In this document: positions 22,281 to 33,887 of the stretch, piece by piece | Position numbering within the stretch: the first letter of the stretch is position 1 | Layout of the letters: every line of letters begins with the position of its first letter | Origin: Scyliorhinus canicula | Lineage: Eukaryota | NCBI RefSeq assembly: GCF_902713615.1 | Contig: NC_052162.1 | Span: forward strand, 114,818,742 to 114,882,741 | Length of the DNA: 64,000 nucleotides | Reading direction: 5' to 3' | Position numbers and translations under genes: made by a program | The notes under the pieces: generated by a model | What the model saw: only the letters and a program-made list of their open reading frames with translations | Databases searched by the model: none | Told to the model about the DNA's origin: nothing

Positions 22281-24098
22281 GAAATGAAATGAAAATTGCT
22301 TATTGTCACGAGTAGGCTTCAGTGAAGTTACTGTGAAAAGCCCCTAGTCGCCACATTCCGGCGCCTGTTTGGGGAGGCTGGTATGGGAATTGAACCGTGC
22401 TGCTGGCCTGCCTTGGTCTCTGGAAAGGTTGTTCCAGGTCTCTCGCTCTCTCTTAAAGACATTAATTTCCAATGCTCCCTCAGCTTGAAGCATTTATTTA
22501 TCTGGCTAAAATTGTGGTTTAATTCAAAATGTTCACAGTTAAATGGCTGGTTTCCCCAGGAGATGGCTGACATTTAAGAGGACAGTAAATTAATATAGGA
22601 TGTCAAGTGTTATATGGTACACATTTGGTATATTGTTTATCGCTCTGTAATAAAGTACATTTATTATTATTTCCAGTGCAATATGTACTGTGGCTGTGTT
22701 ATATAGTTCCAGTCATTATGGCACAGAAACAACTGCGTTCAACAACTGGAGTCCATGCCGACTCTCTGTAGGACAATCTAGTCAGTTCCATTCCACCTAG
22801 AGATCCCCAATGCACTGCAAGTTTATTTCCTTAAAATACCAATTTCATATTAAAGTCGTAAATCCACTCCACTGCCACCACCCTTGTATAAAGTGAATTC
22901 CAGGTCACAACCACTCAATATCTAAATAAAGTCTTCCTTAGATTCTCCTGTTAACTCTAATCAGTAAATATACTTATATGTAGATGTTGAAGTGAGTTCC
23001 CAGGGCAGAGGCACCTGCATTATATGTCATATTTATATTAAATGTATATTTTTGCTATTAAACTAAAAATGTATAAATCCTAGCTGCCACATTCCTGCAG
23101 AGGATCAGGTCACGTAGACACACAGAGGATAGTTTGTTCAACAGAACTCCGCTTATCGGCTGCCCCCAGGCAGTTGTCTCTGAACAATGGAACCAGCTAA
23201 TGAAGTCAGGATAAGGAAGTCTCAAGCTTGTGACAGATTGTAAAGGCCCAAGGACAGTTAATAAAGGTTGTAGAAAACATCATTAAGAAGCCTCTGCCTT
23301 TCCATGAGCTGATCACACAGCCCCATCATGTTGAGTAACTAATTTCATTGGATTGATACGTGGTCCAGAATCTGTACGATTGGCTCATGGCCAGGCGAGG
23401 TGGGCAGAGTGAATGTTCTGATACTGTGTCCCCAGTGGCTTACTCCCCGCCGGCGTAATCATTAAATGTTTGGAGCAGACCCGAATGCTGAGTGATTCTT
23501 TTGGATTCATTCCCGCTAACAGTAGATATTTTAGCTTTAGAAAGAAAGGGATAAGCAGTGATCTGTCAATCAGCCTGAATCAGCACCTTCAGGAGAATTG
23601 GGAGGACGAATATTAGATACAGCAGAGTGAGAATGGAGGGAGAGTGTGTGGGATGGAGATTTACAGCTTTTGGGGAATGAGAGAGGAAAGAATGTTCCAT
23701 TGAATCTAAAACTGACTGTTCAGAATTTCTATCCTGGACTGACTTTTCTAAACTCCTTTTACAGGATATTAGAAGAGGAGAAATTGCAGACAGAAATCTC
23801 AAACGGCACGTCTTGATCTGACTGAGTCAGTTGATTTCTTGGGACCTGAATATCATCGGCATTTGAATCTTGAAGGAGAAATGTTTGCCTGATCTGTCTG
23901 CTTCAAAAGATTTTAAACATCATTGTGACTGGAAAAGCACCAAAACACACACACCCGAATGAGAGTGAATCACTGCAGTGACTGTGGAAAGAGCTTTGAC
24001 CAGTTACACTGCCTAAAAAAACATTGCACCGTTCACAGCGGGGAGAAATCATACACGTCTTCAACTCATCATCGATCTTCGATGGTAACAAGTGCGCC

Positions 24099-24856
<758 letters not shown>

Positions 24857-24916
24857 TTAAACGGGTTGGAATCTGTTGTTATTGCTGCTGTTAATCACAT
24901 CCATGATTGAATTGTA

Positions 24917-25250
24917 ACATAGAATCATACAATCTCTACAGTGCAGGAGGCCATTCAGCCCATCGAGTCTGAGCTGACCCTTGGAAAGAGTACCCTACCT
25001 CGGCCCAAACCTTATGCCTGTAACCCAATAACCTCTCCTAACCTCTTTTGGACACTTAGGGACAATTTAGCACAGCCAATCCACCTAACCTGCAGATCTT
25101 TGGTCTTTGGGAGGAACCCGGAGCACTCGAGGGAAACCAACGAACATATGGGGAGAAAGTGCAAACTCCACACAGACACCCGAACTGGAATTGAACCCGG
25201 GTCCCTGGCGCTGAGAGGCAGGAGTGTGAACTACTGTGCCACCGAGCCGT
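24917..25250 (-). mobile_element. HE1-type SINE
   Basis: Tail, decayed V-core and B box; its head runs into the adjacent minisatellite. Confidence 0.8.
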
Positions 25251-25908
25251 CCCTGGGCCAGAGCCGTCCCTGTGCCACCGAGCCATCCCTGTGCCATCCT
25301 GCCATCCCTGTGCCACCGAGCCATCCCTGTGCCACTGAGCCGTCCCTGTGCCATCGTCCCATCCCTGTGCCACTGAGCCGTCCCTGTGCCACCGTGCCAT
25401 CCCTGTGCCACCGAGCCCTCCCTGTGCCACCGAGCCCTCCCTGTGCCACCGAGCCGTCCCTGTGCCACCGAGCCGTCCCTGTGCCATCGTCCCATCCCTG
25501 TGCCATTGTGCCATCTCTGTGCCACCGAGCCCTCCCTGTGCCACCGAGCCGTCCCTGTGCCACCGAGCCGTCCCTGTGCCATCGTCCCATCCCTGTGCCA
25601 TTGTGCCATCCCTGTGCCACCGAGCCCTCCCTGTGCCACCGAGCCGTCCCTGTGCCATCGTCCCATCCCTGTGCCATTGTGCCATCTCTGTGCCACCGAG
25701 CCGTCCCTGTGCCACTGAGCCGTCCCTGTGCCACCGTGCCGTCCCTGTGCCACTGAGCCGTCCCTGTGCCACCGAGCTGTCCCTGTGCCACCGTGCCATC
25801 CCTGTGCCACCGAGCCGTCCCTGTGCCACCGAGCCGTCCTTGTGCCACCGAGCCGTCCCTGTGCCACCGAGCCGTCCCTGTGCCATCGTGCCATCCCTGT
25901 GCCATCAT
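25233..25908. repeat. 19-bp minisatellite (CCCTGTGCCACCGAGCCGT and variants), about 35 copies
   Basis: Direct inspection; accounts for the repetitive ORFs in this region. Confidence 0.95.
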
Positions 25909-26282
25909 TCCGCCCCAATCATAAAGGGTTAACAGCTGGGATGCGCTAATGTATGAGACGGATGATGATGTACCAGTGGCATCAGCCAGTCGTGTGTTAG
26001 ACTCCGAGAGGTTGGAATCCTGCCTCTGAGCAGCATGCCTGCTCTGTAACCTGTTCAGATGTTGTACTAACAAACAATTTTTAAGTATATATCAGAATGT
26101 GACCATAGTTTGTGTAAGAACGAGGCCCTTACCTATAGCCCAATATAGAAGGACACATCAAAGTACATGGTGGCAGCGATGAAGATGTTGATGTAAAAAA
26201 CATTTTGGTCATATCAAAGGAGGAGACTAACTGGAGGGAGAGGTAATAAATTCCCGACCTGGTGACCTGTCCTTGTCCTGAA

Positions 26283-26483
26283 GTGGAGATGCTGGTGGTG
26301 GACTGGGGTGAGCACAGTAAGAAGTCTTACAACACCAGGTTAAAGTGCAACAGGTTTGTTTCAACACTAGCTTTTGGAGCACAGCTCCTTCACTCACACT
26401 CACCTGAGGAAGGAGCAGTGCTCCGAAAGCTAGTGATTCAAAACAAAACTATTGGACTTTAATCTGGTGTTGTAAGACTTCTT
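26283..26483. mobile_element. Palindromic Penelope-derived element with a hammerhead core at 26400-26436 (+)
   Basis: AAGAAGTCTTACAACACCAG ... CTGGTGTTGTAAGACTTCTT inverted arms; TCAC-CTGAGGA-AGGAGC-AGT-GCTCC-GAAA-GC-TA-GTGA. Confidence 0.8.
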
Positions 26484-26487
26484 GACT

Positions 26488-26906
26488 TGGAGGACGAGGT
26501 TCACTGGAGGGAGAGGTAATGATGACCCTCCCTGCTGAGCAATCCCTGTCCTTGTTCTGGAGGAGGGGGTTCACTGGAGGGTGAGGTAATGATGACCCTC
26601 CCTGCTGAGCAGTCCCTGTCCTTGTCTTGGAGGAGGAGGTTCACTCGAGGGAGAGGTAATGATGACCCTCCCTGCTGAGCAGTCCCTGTCCTTGTCTTGG
26701 AGGAGGAGGTTCACTGGAGGGAGAGGTAATGATGACCCTCCCTGCTGAGCAGTCCCTGTCCTTGTCTTGGAGGAGGGGGTTCACTGGAGGGAGAGGTAAT
26801 GATGACCCTCCCTGCTGAGCAATCCCTGTCCTTGTTCTGGAGGAGGGGGTTCACTGGAGGGAGAGGTAATGATGACCCTCCCTGCTGAGGGACAGTCCCT
26901 GTCCTT
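26488..26906. repeat. 70-bp minisatellite, 6 copies, plus a decayed copy at about 26215-26280
   Basis: GAGGTAATGATGACCCTC recurs with period 70 (26513, 26583 ... 26863). Confidence 0.95.
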
Positions 26907-28261
26907 CACCCACTCGCAGAGAGGCCAGCAGTGCGGGTTGTGGAAACACCATTTTCTCTGGTACCGAGCTGCATCAGGTCTTCACAAAATGAAGCAAAAG
27001 CTTCAAGTCAGCACCTTTCTTGTCTGTCACTGGACCGAGTGCATCAACGTTCTCAGAGGTAGGTGTGCAGGCGTCACTGCAGACTTTGTGTACATTCTCT
27101 AAAATGTTGACACATATTTTAGACAACTATAGAACCCCTGGACAATATATGTTGTGGGAGCGAGATGCAGTATAACGGGTTAACAGATGTCACAATTACT
27201 TTACGATATAATAATTGTCACAAGTAGGCTTCAATGAAGTTACTGTGAAAAGCCCCTAGTCACCACATTCCGGCACCTGTTCGGGGAGGCTGGTACTGGA
27301 ATTGAACCCGCGCTGCTGGCATTGTTCTGCATTCAAGCCAGCTATTTAGTCCACTGTGCTAAACAAGCCCCATGACGTGGATGCTGATTTATTAACATGT
27401 GTTAGACTCTCAAGGGAGGGTTGAATTCACACCGAGGAGTAACATGCCTACTCTGTAACTTGTTTAGATGTCGAACTAATAAACAAGTGTTAAACAGACA
27501 CCGGAGTAAGTCTATAGCCTAAGAATCAAATCCCATGTCTAGTGTCCAATCTAAAAGGACACATCTCAGAATAGGGATGTTTGGTTTGTGTTTCCTGTCT
27601 GCAAAAACCTCTCTACTCATCGCCTGGGAAAGGAGATTACAAAGGACATCGCTGTAAATAAAGGGCAGAAATCCAGAACTGACAATTCCAGTCATCAGAG
27701 AACATCCTTTCCCCTCTCAAACTATAAATCACTGTTCCCCCGCACACTCCCTATTGATTGTAACCCTAATGTATCCTCCCATCACCCTGCCATGGGCACC
27801 TCACTAACAGAGACAGGAAGGTGCTGGAGGATGGACTGTGAAATGGGGCTCTACCAATCAGGGCCTGAGGAGGTGGGCGTGGAGGGTGTTATTGGGGCTG
27901 ATGGTGCCATGCCCACAGGGTTCAGTGCCCGTGTCCAAAGCAGGGAGTCACAGGAACAGGGTACAGAGGAACCAAAGAGAAACCATTTGGATCCTGAACA
28001 TTGTGAACATCCTTTACTCTGTCTTTGATCCTCAAATTATTTTCTATATCTCACCTTGTCTGTTTTGATGAATAAACATTTATTAGAAAAATATCTGATT
28101 TTCTGGACTTTTCATGATTAGATTGATGTACTTTAGGGAAAGTGGGTGAGAGGGGTTGACAGGCTCTTTAACAGGAAGTGCGTCCCTCCAAGGTAATTGG
28201 CAAAGGAGCCAGAGGGGGAGAGGAGAAATTGTTTTTGACAGCGATGTTAGAAATGGGGTTC

Positions 28262-28460
28262 AGGGGCGGCACGGTGGTGCAGTGATTAGCACTGCTGCCT
28301 ACGGCACTGAGGACCTGGGGTCTATCCCGGCCCTAGGTCACTGTCCGTGTGAAGCTGCACATTCTCCCAGTGTCTGCGTGGGTCTCACCCCCACAACCCA
28401 AAGATGTGAAGATAGGTGGATTGGCCATGCTAAATTGCCCCTTAATTGGAAAGTCTAAAT
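28262..28460 (+). mobile_element. A-tailed short SINE
   Basis: GGGGCGGCACGGTGG head and CCCAAAGATGTG body. Confidence 0.8.
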
Positions 28461-28581
28461 TTTAGGGAGGCAATTGGCCCATTTTCCCCTTTTCCCAAAC
28501 TCTGAAATGATTCAGTGATAACCCTTATTTGTGTCAGTGGTTAGATGTTATTCGGTATAAAAAGGAGCTGACACATGTTAA

Positions 28582-29550
28582 TGTCTGAGCAGTAATATCA
28601 AAGTGCAGCAGCATTCCCATTACACTCTGGGTAGAAGCACCATCTCCAGGTAAATGCTCCCTGCTGTGCCCCAGATGCCATGGTCCCAGTCAGTGGAATG
28701 TGTAAAACCTCAACAAATCTCTGTGCTCGGGGAATCCCTTCTTATACTTTATTACATCACAAAGTCTATGGAGACTGATTTAACCCAATCATTGCCAAGC
28801 TAACATTACAAAACCTGTCATTGAACCATCTGTACCCGCCCAAGCCACGTCAAACTCTCAAACAATTGTCTTCCCCACGCTCCGTCCCCGGTACAGGGAG
28901 TCAGCATTCCCATGCCAAGCAGTGAAAACATGGTGGCCTTGACACCCAGGTGTTGTCTAGGATTCCAGGCACTCTTGTTTTCTCTGTCCTCTGGGAGCTG
29001 TTTATCTCCCTGTTCCCACACAGCAAGTCGTCTGTTCTCAGCTCTGCTCGATTTCTGCTGGAGTTTGGTCCCTTTTACACCTTTCGGATCAATAAAACAT
29101 TTGGTCAGTGATGACCCAAACCACAATTTCCCATCCTGTCAACCATCCTTACCCAGAGCGTAATCACAACAGGAATAAAAACAGGAGAAGTGTAACAATC
29201 AAATTCAAAATAAATCCACAGCCAGTCATAGAATTTAATTTAATGTTCACTAATTAGCAAGAAAACCCGAAGTAGGGAGTCCCCCAGGAATCTTACAGTC
29301 CGCACTTCGAGGGGGAGGAGAACTCTCTCTCTCCGACCCCTCACTCAATTTCACTCCATTATTTTCCCGTTCTGTTCTGGCTCCGCCTGGGACAACATCG
29401 ATTTAATCTTTTCTTCTCCTGAAGGAGCACCACGAGTTCCAGGTTCCTGGTACATTAGGACAGATGCTTCAAGGAACAGATCAAACATGGATGTAAAAGA
29501 TTCTCCAGCTCTCACTTTGTGGACAGCTCTTACTCAGTATTATTTCTCCC
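28582..29550. repeat. Duplicate of 15813-16810
   Basis: Colinear and near-identical. Confidence 0.85.
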
Positions 29551-30161
29551 AAGCCCTTCATAGCCCACTATCGCTTTAATTTCACTCCCACTTTGCCCAT
29601 GTCCAGTGTGTTTAATTCTATCCCGATTGTTTTAAAGTCAGTTTCTCTTTGGAGTGTGTGTCAATGTCTTGATGATATCACAATGGTGTCTCAATCCCCT
29701 GGCCACATTAACCATTTCATCTCCTGCTGTGTCTCCAGTAGCTGTGTGTGTTTGGGACCCGGTCTTCGGTCCATTTCACCATAAATTTAGGCTTGTTATT
29801 TTTTACATGTAACAAATCACAACTGCACACCCACACCGGGATCCCAAAATCATGTCACATATACTTAACTCTCAGATGCGCTGATGAAAATATCAAAGTG
29901 AGTGTCTGTCTTTCTTATCTGGCCTGTTATGGTGCTGATATTTCATGTCGTGGCCGGGCTTTCAAATGTGGAATTCTTTAAAACAAAGTTCATGGGCCAG
30001 GATGTAAATATATCTGGGTGGCACAGTGGTTAGCACTGCTACTTCACGGCACCGAAGACCCGGGTTCGATCCCGGCACCAAGTCACTGTCTGTGAGGAGT
30101 TTGCACATACCCCCGTGTCTGCGTGGGTCTGACCTCCACAACCCAAAGATGTGCAGGGTAG

Positions 30162-31603
30162 GAACATAGAACATAGAATATAGAACGATACAGCGCAGTA
30201 CAGGCCCTTCGGCCCTCGATGTTGCACCGACATGGAAAAAAAAAACTAAAGGCCATCTAACCTACACTATGCCCTTATCATCCATATGCTTATCCAATAA
30301 ATTTTTAAATGCCCTCAATGTTGGCGAGTTCACTACTGTTGCAGGTAGGGCATTCCACGGCCTCACCACTCTTTGCGTAAAAAACCCACCTCTGACCTCT
30401 GTCCTATATCTATTACCCCTCAATTTAAGGCTATGTCCCCTCGTGCTAGCCACCTCCATCCGCGGGAGAAGGCTCTCGCTGTCCACCCTATCTAACCCTC
30501 TGATCATTTTGTATGCCTCTATTAAGTCACCTCTTAACCTTCTTCTCTCTAACGAAAACAACCTCAAGTCCATCAGCCTTTCCTCATAAGATTTTCCCTC
30601 CATACCAGGCAACATCCTGGTAAATCTCCTCTGCACCCGTTCCAAAGCTTCCACGTCCTTCCTATAATGAGGCGACCAGAACTGTACGCAATACTCCAAA
30701 TGCGGCCGTACCAGAGTTTGGTACAGCTGCATCATGATCTCATGGCTCCGGAACTCAATCCCTCTACCAATAAAGGCCAACACACCATAGGCCTTCTTCA
30801 CAACCCTATCAACCTGGGTGGCAACTTTCAGGGATCTATGTACATGGACACCGAGATCCCTCTGCTCATCCACACTACCAAGAATTTTACCATTAGCCAA
30901 ATATTCCGCATTCCTGTTATTCTTTCCAAAGTGAATCACCTCACACTTCTCCACATTAAACTCCATTTGCCACCTCTCAGCCCAGCTCTGCAGCTTATCT
31001 ATGTCCCTCTGTAACCTGCAACATCCTTCCGCACTGTCTACAACTCCACCGACTTTAGTGTCGTCTGCAAATTTACTCACCCATCCTTCTGCGCCCTCCT
31101 CTAGGTCATTTATAAAAATGACAAACAGCAACGGCCCCAGAACAGATCCTTGTGGTACGCCACTCGTAACTGAACTCCATTCTGAACATTTCCCATCAAC
31201 TACCACTCTCTGTCTTCTTTCAACTAGCCAATTTCTGATCCACATCTCTAAATCACCCACAATCCCCAGCCTCCGTATTTTCTGCAATAGCCGACCGTGG
31301 GGAACCTTATCAAACGCTTTACTGAAATCCATATACACCACATCAACTGCTCTACCCTCGTCTACCTGTTCAGTCACCTTCTCAAAGAACTCGATAAGGT
31401 TTGTGAGGCATGACCTACCCTTCACAAAACCATGCTGACTATCCCTAATCATATTATTCCTATCTAGATGATTATAAATCGTATCTTTTATAATCCTCTC
31501 CAAGACTTTACCCACCACAGACGTTAGGCTCACCGGCCTATAGTTACCGGGGTTATCTCTACTCCCCTTCTTGAACAAAGGGACCACAAAGGGACAACAA
31601 AGG
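30162..31603 (-). mobile_element. Young 5'-truncated CR1/HER1-type LINE with an uninterrupted 441-codon RT ORF, inserted inside a short SINE
   Basis: ORF 30262-31587: NYRPVSLTS, YMDFSKAFDKVPH, GVPQGSVLGP, KFADDTK; (TTCTATG)n tail; SINE halves at 30015-30161 and 31604-31668. Confidence 0.95.
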
Positions 31604-32000
31604 AAGATTGGCTAAATTGCCCCTTTATTGGAATAAAATAATTGGGTCCCTCTAAATTTTTTTTAAAAGCATGTAAATATTTCCAAGAGAAAGTGATCAA
31701 CTTATTCATCCTATCTACACATTCCAGACTTTCACTAAAGCATCGAAGGATACCAGACTGATATATTCCATTCAACCACGCCCAAGGTAAACATTCCAAT
31801 CATTCATTATCCAGGACAATATTCCCAGTATCTTTCAAACAAAAATTAAACATTCCCGTCCGATCCCAGGTATTAACATATTCTGTTTGTTTGTTCAGGT
31901 CAGGCTGGGATTGTTCACCTTGGAGCAAAGGAGGTCGAGGGTAGATTTGAGAGAGGTGGAAAAGATTATGACAAGTTTATTTGATGTATTATTGTCACAT

Positions 32001-33887
32001 AGAACATAGAGATATAGAGAAATACAGCACAGAACAGGCCCTTCGGCCCACGATGTTGTAACAAACTTTTGTCATAGGTTAATCATAGATCATAGAATTT
32101 TGGACACGAAGGGCAATTTATCATGGCCAGTCCACCCAACCTGCACATCTTTGGACTGTGGGAGGAAACCGGAGCACCCGGAGGAAACCCACACACAAAC
32201 GGGGAGGATGTGCAGACTCCACACAGACAGTGACCCAAGCCGGAATCGAACCTGGGACCCTGGAGATGTGAAGCAATTCTGCTATCCACAATGCTACCGT
32301 GCTGCCCTTAAGAACAAATTAATCAGGGCAGCACGGTGGCCTAGTGGTTAGCACAGCTGCCTCACGGCGCTGAGGTCCCAGGTTCGATCCCGGCTCTGGG
32401 TCACTGTCCGTGTGGAGTTTGCACATTCTCCCCGTGTCTGCGTGCGTTTCACCCCCACAACCCAAAAATGTGCAGAGTAGGTGGATTGGCCATGCTAAAT
32501 TGCCCCTTAATTGGAAAAAATAATTGGGTAATCTAAATTTTTTAAAAAAGAACAAATTAATCTACACTCCATTATTCTACCATAATCCATGCACCTATCC
32601 AATAGCCACTTGAAGGTCCCTAACGTTTCCGACTCAACTACTTCCACAGGCAGTGCATTCCATGCCCCCACTACTCTCTGGGTAAAGAACCTACCTCTGA
32701 CATCCCCCCACTATATCTTCCACCATTCACGTTAAATTTATGTCCCCTTCTAATGGTTTGTTCCACCCGGGGAAAAAGTCGCTGTCTACTCTATCTATTC
32801 CCCTGATCATCTTATAAACCTCTCTCAGGTTACCCCTCATCCTTCTCCTTCGCACCTTTTCCAAAGCTTCCACATCCTTCCTAAAATGAGGCAACCAGAA
32901 CTGCACACAGTACTCCAAATGTGGCCTTACCAAGGTTTTGTACAGCTGAATCATCACCTCACAGCTCTTAAATTCAATCCATCTGCTAATGAACGCTAGC
33001 ACACCATAGGCCTTCTTCACAGCTCTATCCACTTGAGTGGCAACTTTCAAAGATCTATGAACATAGACCCCAAGATCTCCCTGCTCCTCTACATTGCCAA
33101 GAAACCTACCGTTAACCCTGTATTCCGCATTCATATTTGTCCTTCCAAAATGGACAACCTCACACTTGTCAGGGTTAAATTCCATCTGCCACTTCTCAGC
33201 CCAGCTCTGCATCCTGTCTATGTCTCTTTGCAGCCGACAACAGCCTTCCTCACTATCCACAACTCCACCAATTTTCGTATCATCTGCAAATTTACTGACC
33301 CATCCTTCAACTCCCTCATCCAAGTCATTAATGAAAATCACAAACAGCAGAGGACCCAGAACTGATCCCTGTGGTCCACCACTGTAACTGGGCTCCAGGC
33401 TGAATATTTGCCATCCATCACCACTCTCTGACTTCTATCAGTTAGCCAGTTTGTTATCCAACTGGCCAAATTTCCCACTATCCCATGCCTCCTTACTTTC
33501 TGCATAAGCCTACCACGGGGAACCTTATCAAATGCCTTACTAAAATCCATGTACACTACATCCACTGCTTTATCTTCATCCACATGTTTGGTCACCTCCT
33601 CAAAGAAGTCAATAAGACTTGTAAGGCAAGACCTACCCCTCACAAATCCGTGCTGACTATCCCTAATCAAGCAGTGTCTTTCCAGATGCTCAGAAATCCT
33701 ATCCCTCAGTACCCTTTCCATTACTTTGCCTACCACCGAAGTAAGACTAACTGGCCTGTAATTCCCAGGGTTATCAACAGGGACACAACATTCGCCACTC
33801 TCCAATCCCCTGATACCACCCCTGTTGATAGTGAGGACGAAACGATCATTGCCAACGGCTCTGCAATTTCATCTCTTGCTTCCCATA
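32001..33887 (-). mobile_element. 5'-truncated CR1 LINE with two nested SINEs (32083-32307 minus; 32326-32547 plus)
   Basis: ORFs 32727-33341 and 33338-33805 are CR1 RT; tail at 32001-32080. Confidence 0.9.

Larger units (their letters stand above)
25915..27570 (+). mobile_element. Old, internally deleted Gypsy-like LTR element
   Basis: Diverged direct repeats at about 25915-26165 and 27150-27570 (TGTGTTAGACTC, CTCTGTAAC, AAGGACACATC); TGGTGGCAGCG (tRNA-Leu-type PBS) at 26168. Confidence 0.45.

Noticed and set aside
24941-26073. Several 190-280 aa ORFs on both strands
   Set aside because: Translations of the 19-bp minisatellite and the adjacent SINE.
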